Positions 42,438 through 52,300 of a DNA stretch of 64,000 nt are shown one piece after another. Every line of letters starts with the position of its first letter. The first letter of the stretch is position 1. Position numbers and translations under genes: made by a program. Where the stretch lies: NCBI RefSeq assembly GCF_053078305.1, contig NZ_CP166879.1. One strand, written 5' to 3'. The notes beneath the pieces were generated by a model that did no database searches, was not told the DNA's origin, and was given only the letters and a program-made list of their open reading frames with translations.

Positions 42438-45400
42438 TCAGAAGGTCACATTCAGCGTGGCCTGACCGTTATAGCCTTCAGCGCTGCTGCCGCTGACGCT
42501 GTGGACATAACCTGCCTGAACGCCCAGGGTGATGTTTTCCCGGACACGGGCTTCCAGTCCGGCCTGCAGGTCCAGTGACGTACCATTCTGTGACGGTGAG
42601 AACGTCATGTTACTGCCGGCTGCGGCTGTACCCATGCTCATGTCCCCCCGGGAGCTGAAGGTGCGGATAACAGAAGGCTGTACCCACCAGTTCACCGGCA
42701 GTTCACGCACACTGTGTTTGGCACTGCCGCGCAGGGTGTCACGGGATGAGGTGCCTTTACCAAAGTTCATATCGTTGTGGCTGCCCAGACGGAAGCCGGC
42801 ACGCACATGTTGTGCACTGCCATGCCCGAACTTCACATAACCGGCGTTGTCCTGACCGTCATCCAGGGAGAGTCCCTGCCAGGTGTACTGCAGTTGCGGC
42901 TCCAGCATCAGATTGTCAGTGATACTGAAGGGCAGACCGGTTTCCAGTGAACCCAGCCAGCCCCGGCCCCGGACGCGGAAGTCGTTATTGTCCGATGAGG
43001 CTTTCATGCTGTGGCGGGTTCCCTGGGCCACAATGTCAGCCCACAGGCCGGAGGCGTTGTGTATCAGATTCAGGTATCCGCCCAGGCTGCCGGCATCATC
43101 CCGGACCGTGCCGGCACGGGAGCCGTCATCATCCTTAACATCAACGGAAGAATGGCCTGCAGCACCATACACCCCTGTCGTCAGAGACATACCGGCAACC
43201 TCTGTTCTCATCAGGTCACCCTCCAGACGGACGAAGCCATAGCTGCCGCTGCTTTCCGGCGTGGCCCCACGGACAATACCGCCGTTGTTATCGTGACCGA
43301 GATGGCCGCCCTGAATGCTGAGACGGACGCTGTTATTTTCACCGTTTACACCGGTCTGATGGCTGCGGGAGCCTGCCAGAATCCGGTCATAGTCCATTGC
43401 CTGTGTCAGCATGGAGGCATACAGGGGGACTTCTGCACGATAAGCATTTTCACTGCGCAGATACCAGCTCTCATCACTGTCCCGGTTGAGGGAGTAGTTA
43501 AAGGCCCCGGCCTGCAGCCTGTTCCCCTGGACAAAGGCCCCTTCCTCCGTGGTGGCACCGTTAATGGCTTCCACCACCTGAATACCCTTACCGCTGGTCG
43601 CCAGCCCCGACGCACTGTTGCCGGCGTTCACCATGTTCAGGATGGTTTTTCCGGTTGCCCTGCCGCCGTCAATGACCAGTCTGTCAGCATTGTTCTGTGC
43701 CATATCCGGGCGTACACGCAGGCTGATGGTGCCATTCTGCCCGTTCAGGTTTTTCACTTTCAGGGTTGCCGGTACGAACTTCCCTGTGCGGGTGGAGGTG
43801 AAATGAATCTGTCCGGCATGGCTGAGGTCATCCACCACCGACTGCACCGTGGCGTTATCAGGGATATTCCAGGTGGCACCGGAGGCGAGAGTGACATTCG
43901 TGGGGTCAATGGCACCGTTCAGCACAGTGCTGCCGGTCAGCTTCAGGGCTGTACCGCGCTGAGCAATGACATCCGTGGTGACGGTACTGTCGTTCAGCGT
44001 CAGCGTGCCTTCATTCAGGTTGACGGCTTTCTGGGTGAGTGTGGTGTTGCTGACAGTGAGTGTGCCACTTCCTGATTTTTCCACGCTGCCGTTACCGGTG
44101 AGAGAGCCTCCCTGCAGGAGTGCATCGCCTTCACGGATGGTCAGGGTATCGTTGTTCACCGTCTTCCCGGAAAGGGTAAGTATGGCGCCGTTATTCAGCG
44201 TGGTGGTGCCCGCCAGTGTGCCGCCCCTGGCGGTGAACAGTCCGCCATTTACCGTGGTATCCGTGGCCGTATCACCGGCGTTCAGCGTGAATGAACTGCC
44301 TTTTTCCAGCATCAGGGCATCCGCCTGACCGCCTCCGATACTGAATGCCTTTCCGTCGCTCCGTGTACCACTGACAGCGGCACCGGAATCGGCCAGCAGT
44401 ACACCGCCATTTCCCATGGATACGGTGGTGGCGGTACCACCGTTGCGGACATCCAGCGTTCCGCCATCATCCACACGGGTATTAGTGGCTGTGTGTCCGC
44501 TCAGCACATCCAGACGTCCGCCATTTTCCAGTACGACATTATCAGCTTTACCCTCCACAACAGAGAATGCTCCCAGGCGGTTTGTACCGGTAACGGTTGC
44601 AGCCGTACTGGTAACCAGTGCACCGCCCGTGTTCTGGGTGACATCAGACGCTTTACCGCCGGCATTCACCTGCAGCTTTCCTTTCTGGTTGATGGTGGTA
44701 TGCGCGGCAGTTCCTCCTTCCTTAATCACCTGCCAGCCATCACGGTTTATCAGCGTCTCTGTTGCCGTGCCACCGTTGTGTACATACTGGTTACCCCCCT
44801 CCAGCCGGGTGTTATGTGCCTCTCCGTGTACCGTCTGGTCACCACCGGCGTAAATGAGGGTGTCCCGTGCCATCCCCGAAGACCAGATAACCTGCCGGCC
44901 ATTTTTGTTGATGGTGGTGGATTCAGCCGTCCCTCCGACCATCTGACCGCTGGACACATTTTCAGACTCCGGACCACCTTCTGCACCGGTGTTGACGATG
45001 GTTCCGGTTGCCAGTCCGCCATGTTTTATGGTCTGGTAACCATCCAGGTTAATAATTGTACCGGCAGCTTTCCCTCCCCCGTGTACCCACTGCTCACCTC
45101 TGTTATCCAGCGTGGTGTTCACCGCCAGTCCGTTAAGGCTCTGCCCTCCGCCATCACGAATAACCGTATCACTGGCAGTTCCTCCTGCCTGCACAATCTG
45201 ACGACCATTTGCGGTGACAGTGGTGTTTCTGCCTGTGCCACCCGCGTTTATCCATTGCCCGCCGGTGTTTTCGTCACTGTCCGGCCCCAGCTCAAGCCCG
45301 GTACTGACAGTCACGCCATCAGCTGTTCCGGATACAAACTGGTTGTCATGGTTTACCAGTGTTCCGCCATTCACTGTTTCACCCGGGTGCACAACGATGT

Positions 45401-45560
45401 CAGCAGCCAGCACCGGGAGTGACGTGACCGCGGCAAGAGACAGTGCAACCGCCACACCGCCACGTTTACCCCGTGCGCGGGCCAGTTCGGAGGCAACCAC
45501 GAAAGCGCCCGTAATGTGATTCCATACCAGCCTGTAGCAGGTATTCAGATGTCGTTTCAT
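42438..45560 (-). CDS. flu: antigen 43 self-associating autotransporter adhesin
   Basis: MKRHLNTCYRLVWNHITGAFVVASELARARG extended signal peptide; repetitive beta-helix passenger; C-terminal beta-barrel ending in F. Confidence 0.9.
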   Translation of the reverse strand: MKRHLNTCYRLVWNHITGAFVVASELARARGKRGGVAVALSLAAVTSLPVLAADIVVHPGETVNGGTLVNHDNQFVSGTADGVTVSTGLELGPDSDENTGGQWINAGGTGRNTTVTANGRQIVQAGGTASDTVIRDGGGQSLNGLAVNTTLDNRGEQWVHGGGKAAGTIINLDGYQTIKHGGLATGTIVNTGAEGGPESENVSSGQMVGGTAESTTINKNGRQVIWSSGMARDTLIYAGGDQTVHGEAHNTRLEGGNQYVHNGGTATETLINRDGWQVIKEGGTAAHTTINQKGKLQVNAGGKASDVTQNTGGALVTSTAATVTGTNRLGAFSVVEGKADNVVLENGGRLDVLSGHTATNTRVDDGGTLDVRNGGTATTVSMGNGGVLLADSGAAVSGTRSDGKAFSIGGGQADALMLEKGSSFTLNAGDTATDTTVNGGLFTARGGTLAGTTTLNNGAILTLSGKTVNNDTLTIREGDALLQGGSLTGNGSVEKSGSGTLTVSNTTLTQKAVNLNEGTLTLNDSTVTTDVIAQRGTALKLTGSTVLNGAIDPTNVTLASGATWNIPDNATVQSVVDDLSHAGQIHFTSTRTGKFVPATLKVKNLNGQNGTISLRVRPDMAQNNADRLVIDGGRATGKTILNMVNAGNSASGLATSGKGIQVVEAINGATTEEGAFVQGNRLQAGAFNYSLNRDSDESWYLRSENAYRAEVPLYASMLTQAMDYDRILAGSRSHQTGVNGENNSVRLSIQGGHLGHDNNGGIVRGATPESSGSYGFVRLEGDLMRTEVAGMSLTTGVYGAAGHSSVDVKDDDGSRAGTVRDDAGSLGGYLNLIHNASGLWADIVAQGTRHSMKASSDNNDFRVRGRGWLGSLETGLPFSITDNLMLEPQLQYTWQGLSLDDGQDNAGYVKFGHGSAQHVRAGFRLGSHNDMNFGKGTSSRDTLRGSAKHSVRELPVNWWVQPSVIRTFSSRGDMSMGTAAAGSNMTFSPSQNGTSLDLQAGLEARVRENITLGVQAGYVHSVSGSSAEGYNGQATLNVTF

Positions 45561-45589
45561 CAGCATTTCCTTAATCAGAGTGAGAGTGA

Positions 45590-45625
45590 ATAAAAAAGCC
45601 GGTATCCACAGATGTGGATACCGGC
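45590..45625 (-). terminator. terminator-like hairpin plus T-tract in the flu leader, about 30 nt upstream of the start codon
   Basis: 13-bp inverted repeat gccggtatccaca / tgtggataccggc followed on the minus strand by a 7-T run. Confidence 0.5.
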
Positions 45626-45739
45626 AGGTAAAGGGTTACAGTGCCAGAGGTCCGGCTGACGGAAGTTTCTGACGTGTGGCTCTGTTGTTCCCTGAATGTC
45701 TTTCTGTACGTATCTGTGCATGTTACTGACAAAGGTTAT

Positions 45740-45800
45740 TATTAGCTTATCGATCGATATAAACGATCGATAAAATAGGTATCGATCGTTTTATTCTATT
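45740..45800 (-). promoter_or_regulatory. flu regulatory region with three clustered GATC sites (Dam/OxyR phase-variation switch)
   Basis: GATC at 45752-45755, 45765-45768 and 45784-45787, about 190-230 bp upstream of the flu start. Confidence 0.7.
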
Positions 45801-45892
45801 GTTTGGCTATTGCACGGACAAGAGAGACAGTAACGAAAACAGCGCTTTTGTGAGCAGACTCAGAGTCAGGGAGGGCATCAGTCACGACAGGT

Positions 45893-46804
45893 TCAGAAGA
45901 AAATCCAGTTCCATACCGCACGGGCAACAGAGACCACCGTGTTACGAACAGCGCGCAGGGCCGTACGGACAACAGAGGCAACACAGACGCTCTCCGCTGT
46001 GTCAAATATCCGGTCCACCGCACCGGTAAACTGTTCACGGGCCTGAGACCGGACAGATTCCGTGCGCAGCTCGTCCTGCAGTCGGGTCATCAGGGGACTG
46101 GCGGCATGGTCGGGAAGCGCTGTCATGAGCGCACTGACCAGCGTATCCAGTTCCCAGCCGGTGCGGGCCGATACGGCCACAACCGGATGTACGGGCCGGA
46201 ACAGACGGAATACCGCCTCCGTTTTTTCGCGAATATTCTGTGCCTGTGCAGGAGAAGGCTGAATACCGGCCATATCCCATTCATGGCAGGGCTCCGTTTT
46301 GTCGGCCTGCGTCACCACAAACAGCACCTGCTGATGTCCCCGGTGCAGGATGTGTCGCCAGAAATACTCATCCACAGACAGGGCCCGGTCATCGGCTTTA
46401 ATCAGCCACAGCACCAGGTCAAGTTCAGGCAGAATGTCACGGTACAGGGCCTCATACTCTGCATCCCTGTCCCGGCTCTCGCCCACCCCGGGCAGGTCAG
46501 TGATAACCATGCTGTGACCGTGGCCACTCAGACGGAAGCGCCGTACTTCCCGGGTGCCGGCGTGAACATCACTGACCGGGGTGACCTCCCCCTGAAACAG
46601 TGCATTACAGAGTGAGGATTTACCGGCCCCGCTTTTACCCATAATGCCAATCACGGGTTCGTGACGGGTGAGTTTGCGCAGATGTTCCAGGATGTGACGG
46701 GAAAGTGAGTAAGGCAGGGAGGAGAGCGGTTTTTCAATTGCCTCAATGGCATCAGACGGATTCATACATGTATTCCCGGTGAAAAAAGACAAAACCCCGC
46801 GCAC
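45893..46804 (-). CDS. YeeP/YfjP-family GTPase
   Basis: P-loop GKSGAGKSS and DxxG motifs; start may be the internal Met at 46765. Confidence 0.75.
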   Translation of the reverse strand: MRGVLSFFTGNTCMNPSDAIEAIEKPLSSLPYSLSRHILEHLRKLTRHEPVIGIMGKSGAGKSSLCNALFQGEVTPVSDVHAGTREVRRFRLSGHGHSMVITDLPGVGESRDRDAEYEALYRDILPELDLVLWLIKADDRALSVDEYFWRHILHRGHQQVLFVVTQADKTEPCHEWDMAGIQPSPAQAQNIREKTEAVFRLFRPVHPVVAVSARTGWELDTLVSALMTALPDHAASPLMTRLQDELRTESVRSQAREQFTGAVDRIFDTAESVCVASVVRTALRAVRNTVVSVARAVWNWIFF

Positions 46805-48106
46805 CGGAAAGGTGGCGGGGGATCCACGGAGATAATATCTGTCTGAAATTGTTTTGAATCGATGGGATTGTTGCGTATTAACATGAAGGAGATCAGGACT
46901 TATCCGTTACTGGGTGATCTCCTTCCATGAAAATACGCAGTTATTGTTAAACAGCAGGCTGATTTCTCCGTAAAGGGGAAAATATTTATCGGCTGCATGA
47001 TTATCAGGTGTGTCTGTGTTTACTGCTGTGAGTATTTTTCAGTGTATTGTGGGGGAGATGTCAGTGGGAGATATTAAATTTACGTTTATAATTATCTTAC
47101 TTCTTCTGTGTGTTTTTTATAAGAGTGCACACGTAATGATATCTGTTGATACCATGTGGTTAAGTGTTTCCCTTCCGGGTCATGCGTACTTGCAAAATGG
47201 CATCTGAATCGATCACGGTTTGGCCAAACCGTGATCGAATAGAGAGGAATACGCACGTAATGATTAAATGCTTTTGTTACACCATTCTTCCGGCATGAAT
47301 ATTTATCCAGTTCCCTTTTTTATTTGTGTAGTGATACTGTCGGAATAGCGTTCAGTAATGTGAAGCGTCCTGTTAAAAATCTTTAATAAATGTGTCACCC
47401 TGGTCAGGAAATATCTGCTGAGATATTATTAGTTGGTGGTGTTTTTACTGAGTAATAGCTGGCTTTTAATTCCTGAACTGAAATACTGTCGCTCGTCAGG
47501 GTTTAATTAAAACTGGATGATGATGTGAAAATGAAGGCTGGTTTTTGTGTTTGTCGAGGAAGTGTTGTTTTTATCCATTCTCATCATTGGCTGGCTGCGA
47601 TTATACAGAAGTATTTGAAGAAAAAATGGTGCATTTTATCTGTGCCGGCAGGGAGGGGGATTTTCCTGATATGTCAGTATTAAATGGTTTTTGTTATTTA
47701 TAAAAATGTCATCCTGTCCATAGAATATTGTACTGAGTACTCAGCATTCAGCGCAGGAACTGTCATCTTCTTTATTTTATTCTTCTTCAGGAGGGCAGTT
47801 TTCTGAAAGCGTTACTCCGGGGAAACTGTTTATGTTTATTCCCGGCAGGAAACCCGTACCTGCAATACCCTGGATGATGCTTTTTGCTGGTACGTTGTTG
47901 TGTGAAAATTAATCAACATGTGTGCTCCGGAGAGCGCCCGTAGACGCACAGATTCATTCTGACATTCTTTAGCGACAAAATATCGATTGGTTATTATTTA
48001 ACCTGAAAATCGACAGAAATTTTTATCCTGTATTGATTCTGATGCTATTTTTGCTATTAGTAGCAATAGTTGCGGTACTTTATGTTCTGTGTGTTGTAAG
48101 GTCATT

Positions 48107-49597
48107 ATGCCATACTTTCAGTATCCTGATGAGTTTCCCCTGAGCTCGCTGCCTCCACTCATTCGTGATGCCGTTATTGAAGCTCAGCAAATCACGCAGG
48201 CTCCCCTGGGGCTTGTGGCAGCATCTGCCCTGGGCGCTGTTTCACTTGTCTGCCAGAATCTGATTGATGTCTGCAGACTGAATACACTGCGGGGGCCGGT
48301 TTCTCTTTTCTTACTGACGCTTGCTGAGTCCGGAGAACGAAAAACCGCAGTGGACAAATTATTAATGGAGCCCCTGTACCAGCAGGAGATGCTGTTATAT
48401 TCCAGACACAAAAATGAACTGACGACATGGAAAAATAAGGAAGAGCTTTTAAAGGCGCAGAAAAAAGCATTGTTGTCAAAACTGAATAAAGAACTCCGCA
48501 AAGGCGCGGATGAGTCAGAAACGCTCAGACAACTGGAAGCGCTTCAGAAAAACAGAGGGGAAAAACCTGTAAGATATAAATTCATTTTTAATGATGCCAC
48601 GACAGCAGCAATTAAAGATCAGCTTTGTGGTCAGTGGCGTTCAGTGGGTATCATGTCTGATGAAGCCGGTATAATATTTGATGGGTATACCCTGTCTGAG
48701 CTGCCTTTTATTAACAAAATGTGGGATGGCTCCGTATTGTCGGTGGACAGAAAGAATGAACCCGAACAGATGATTGAAAATGCCAGAATGACATTATCTC
48801 TCATGGTACAACCCGGTCTTTTTGACCGATATATGGAGCGAAAAGGTTCTGTTGCCAGGGACAGTGGTTTTCTTGCCCGTTGTCTAATCAGTAAACCTGC
48901 CACCACGCAGGGGAAACGCTTTATTAACGGAGCAGTGACCCCGGGAGAATCATTAACGGCATTTCATGAACGATTAATGGAACTGGCCAGAGGCAGTATT
49001 GAAAAATCCAGTAAGGATGAACGTTATTGTCTGCATTTTTCTCCAGAAGCGCAAAAAATATTTATTGATCACTATAATGTTCTGGAGCAGGATTTGTCTC
49101 CTTCCGGACCCTTAAGCCAGTTTCGGGGGCATGTTTCAAAAAAAACAGAAAACATTGCGAGAATTGCTGCGTTATTGCAGTATTTCAGTCAGGGTGAAGG
49201 GAAAATCTCTGCCGATATCATGACGTCTGCTGTCGTAATAAGTTCGTGGTACACAGATGAATATAAAAAATTATTTGCGTTACCTGATGAATCTGAACTG
49301 CAGCTGCAGGACGCCCGGGAGCTGCTCGACTGGCTCATTGAGGAGTGCCGCGGAGAATGCCCGCCCCGTGTCAGGAAAAATTATATTCTCCAGTGTGGCC
49401 CGGGCCGGTTCAGGAACAGGAAAAAGCTGAACGTCCTGCTGAACATTCTTGCATCTCAACTCAGGCTCTCTGTCGTGCAGGAAGGAAAAACCACCTATGT
49501 CCTGCTTTCCGAAATAAACAATATCACGCTGCCTGAACTGAATGCGTGCTACAGCCAGAAACTGATAAGATGGCATGAGCAATCCTTTGGCTTATAA
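48107..49597 (+). CDS. DUF3987-family protein (YfjI-like)
   Basis: About 497 aa from MPYFQYPDEF; recalled similarity to YfjI-type proteins of P4/CP4-57-like elements. Confidence 0.6.
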   Translation: MPYFQYPDEFPLSSLPPLIRDAVIEAQQITQAPLGLVAASALGAVSLVCQNLIDVCRLNTLRGPVSLFLLTLAESGERKTAVDKLLMEPLYQQEMLLYSRHKNELTTWKNKEELLKAQKKALLSKLNKELRKGADESETLRQLEALQKNRGEKPVRYKFIFNDATTAAIKDQLCGQWRSVGIMSDEAGIIFDGYTLSELPFINKMWDGSVLSVDRKNEPEQMIENARMTLSLMVQPGLFDRYMERKGSVARDSGFLARCLISKPATTQGKRFINGAVTPGESLTAFHERLMELARGSIEKSSKDERYCLHFSPEAQKIFIDHYNVLEQDLSPSGPLSQFRGHVSKKTENIARIAALLQYFSQGEGKISADIMTSAVVISSWYTDEYKKLFALPDESELQLQDARELLDWLIEECRGECPPRVRKNYILQCGPGRFRNRKKLNVLLNILASQLRLSVVQEGKTTYVLLSEINNITLPELNACYSQKLIRWHEQSFGL

Positions 49598-49718
49598 TGT
49601 TCCCTGTTGCTGAGACGGATTATTCAGTGGTGGTATCGCAGTATGCCCGTCACCCCCCGCTTCTGCATGAGGGTGACGGAGGAAAAGTAAGTGTGCGGAG
49701 GCCCGGGAGCGTTATGAA

Positions 49719-50324
49719 TCAACAGGCGTATAACAGGTACTCGTCAATCATCAGTTCCAGCTCGCGCTTTTCCCGTTTGCGCGCCACAGCCCAGTTTTCA
49801 AGCTCTGCATGTGATTTATGCTTTAACTCTTCAGTCCAGGGCTGCATGGAGTGGGCACACATCAGATCATACCAGCACAGCCATATCAGCGTGTGGTAGA
49901 GATCACGATCGTCGAAACGCCGGAGCAGGCTGTTCAGCCTGTTTGCCAGCCGGTTTTCACCCAGACGATGTGGCTCACTGAGTAAAACGCCGCCCAGATT
50001 AAAATGTGTAAGCAGCATGATTTCATGGGTCTGAATGCTGGTCATTAACCCTTCCTGAATGGCAGGAATGAACGGTGGTGTTCCCGGGTTGACGACCTGA
50101 TAGAGTCCCTGTGGTGCCACTGAGATGATAGTGCCTTTTTCCGGCAGAAAAAAGTGTGCCAGGGTCAGACGGTGATAACCATGAAGATGCGGAGACCCCA
50201 TTCCATGAGCGACGATAAGCCTCGTTCTGATGCTGGATGAGCAGCAGCTCACACCGGTTTTCAAGTTTTTGCATAATATTCTCTCCTTTAGCGCGCAGCA
50301 AAATGCCTCCGGGGGCCGGATCAT
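49719..50324 (-). CDS. hypothetical protein downstream of alpA
   Basis: About 200-aa ORF; start set at an internal Met to avoid overlap with alpA. Confidence 0.4.
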   Translation of the reverse strand: MIRPPEAFCCALKERILCKNLKTGVSCCSSSIRTRLIVAHGMGSPHLHGYHRLTLAHFFLPEKGTIISVAPQGLYQVVNPGTPPFIPAIQEGLMTSIQTHEIMLLTHFNLGGVLLSEPHRLGENRLANRLNSLLRRFDDRDLYHTLIWLCWYDLMCAHSMQPWTEELKHKSHAELENWAVARKREKRELELMIDEYLLYAC

Positions 50325-50359
50325 GCCTTTGCTGCGGTGGAACGGATAACGGTCAGGAA

Positions 50360-50620
50360 TTACGGACGGGACTGTGCAATACGCGCCTGCAGCCAGGCTT
50401 CCACTTCGCTTTTCAGCCATCGGGAGCTACGGCCCAGTTTGATGGGGGCAGGAAAGGCACCATCCTTGATGAGCTTGTAAAACCATTTATCGGTCAGGCC
50501 GGTCAGCTGAGTGATAAACGACATGTCGACCATCTGGTCATCCATCAGTGAAACTGGGGTATTCATGAAAATGTTCCTCCGGATGTTGTTAATCTCAACC
50601 AGCGTTGGTGATGAAAACAA
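50360..50620 (-). CDS. alpA: AlpA-family transcriptional regulator
   Basis: 86 aa with helix-turn-helix LTGLTDKWFYKLIKDGAFPAPIKLGRSSRW. Confidence 0.8.
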   Translation of the reverse strand: MFSSPTLVEINNIRRNIFMNTPVSLMDDQMVDMSFITQLTGLTDKWFYKLIKDGAFPAPIKLGRSSRWLKSEVEAWLQARIAQSRP

Positions 50621-50951
50621 CGCACCACCTTCCCCGGCATAACAACCGGGGAAAAACGTAAAAAATGAGTAGGGGAATATTCCTGCCAGGAGAGAAACTG
50701 TTGTGTACAGGCAATACAGGTTGTCTGTTTTGTCAGTGAAGCCGGTATAAACGGAAGATGATTTTGTGTTGCCGGAATATGGGATGGCGTTTTGCCGTGA
50801 CGGGATCAGTATTTTCAGTGATGATTATTACTGCACAGGGGAGTATCGGAGATAAACCACGCCCTGTACCTGCCAGAGCGGTGGTTTGTATTTACTGAAC
50901 GGAAGATAAAGCAGAGGTAAACACTGTCGCGGTGAAGGTAGAAGGCTGAAA

Positions 50952-51743
50952 TTATTCTCTGTAATTACAAACAACAGTGATCTTATCCGGTTTTTTTACC
51001 GTTACGGGTTTCAGAGGGTCAATTTTATATACAGGGGTAATGAGCACGCCGGAATTTATGGAAAAAAGAGGGACCCAGCAATAAACGTCCGGATATTTCT
51101 GTGTCTCCGGAATACCTTTTGCGCCAGAGACCATCAGATCTGTAACGCTCACAAAAAATGACTGCCGCAAATCAAAAAAGTACTCGTTATATATCACATC
51201 CTTTGCCAGCAGGATGACGGCATTACCAACAGCCGCTTTTACAGGTATTTTATCAGATGGATTATCGTGATTGTATATTGTTCTTTCGATATAAATAAAA
51301 CAGGCATATTTCGTCTTCTCCCCGGATAGCTGCATCTGGTATTCGCAAATGTCTTTGATACACCGACTTTCAACCCTTCCAATCATCTTATCCCGGCGAT
51401 AGTGTCTTTTATGTTTCAGCGCGTACAGAACACCATTTGAACTGTCAAACTCCAGGATTCTTCTGGTGAAAAGTTTGTTTTCCCAGATTTCCAGACAATA
51501 CTTCTCTGCACTGACGACATTGCGTTTGCGAGGAAGATCCCGTTGATACACTCCATTTAATAAGCGTGACTGCAGTTCGCCTGCAAGTTGATAATAACAG
51601 TTAATATCGTTAAGGACAGGTGCTGTGGCGCTGAGTAATGCGTTGATTACCTTAGAGCGCGAAAGTTTGTGGGTATGACAGTACTCATCCACAATTCGCA
51701 GCGTCTCATCACTGGTCATATTGAAAGTTATACGTGTTGTCAT
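50952..51743 (-). CDS. hypothetical protein with ribbon-helix-helix-like N-terminus
   Basis: 263-aa ORF in an AT-rich segment; N-terminus RITFNMTSDETLRIVDEYCHTHKLSRSKVINALL has a strand-helix-helix pattern; rest unrecognised. Confidence 0.5.
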   Translation of the reverse strand: MTTRITFNMTSDETLRIVDEYCHTHKLSRSKVINALLSATAPVLNDINCYYQLAGELQSRLLNGVYQRDLPRKRNVVSAEKYCLEIWENKLFTRRILEFDSSNGVLYALKHKRHYRRDKMIGRVESRCIKDICEYQMQLSGEKTKYACFIYIERTIYNHDNPSDKIPVKAAVGNAVILLAKDVIYNEYFFDLRQSFFVSVTDLMVSGAKGIPETQKYPDVYCWVPLFSINSGVLITPVYKIDPLKPVTVKKPDKITVVCNYRE

Positions 51744-52068
51744 GATGATGTTTTCTGTTAATCATACGGGTTGATATGCATAACATTTCATAAAAAATAC
51801 TTTTAATTCATATAATTGATTTTTTGACTGGTTTTATCCTCGTGTGGTGGAAAGCAGTATTACTGCCACTGTAGCCAGCATAAATCTATCACACAGAACC
51901 ACCGAAAATGAAGCATTGCTCAGGGGAACACTCATACGAGTTCTCTGAACTGTGATAACCAGTATTTTTCGTTTTGGATGATTTGTTTATCGTTACAGCT
52001 ACAGGTAGTTCATGTACCATTAAAAAATAATTAAGGTTAATTAGTATTATTTATAGAAGTATGTTTAT

Positions 52069-52300
52069 GTAACTCTACCTTGTAAATGAACTCTGTCATT
52101 GTACCTTGTAATTCTATCCTGTAATTCTACCTCGTAAATACACCTTGTAACCAGGTCCTGCAGAAGTCTGTCTCATAGAAGTATCTGTGCAGCGATATTC
52201 TCTGTAGTACTTGTAACACTGTCCTTAACCCTCTCTGCTGCAATGTAATCCCGTAACACCTGAATATAAATCTGTAATGTACACACTGACTGTAACGTAC
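52069..52300. repeat. iteron-like array of short direct repeats (GTAAYTCTAYC / CCTYGTAA cores)
   Basis: CCTTGTAA-type cores at 52077, 52104, 52118, 52130 and 52143 with 12-14-bp spacing; further TGTAA/GTAAC motifs to about 52300. Confidence 0.6.

Noticed and set aside
43011-44075. 354-aa plus-strand ORF and several others inside flu
   Set aside because: Antisense to the Ag43 passenger domain; created by the repetitive GC-rich coding sequence.
47010-47207. 65-aa hydrophobic ORF in the AT-rich intergenic region
   Set aside because: No ribosome-binding site, low-complexity composition, and it ends immediately before the 30-bp palindrome; more likely non-coding regulatory DNA.
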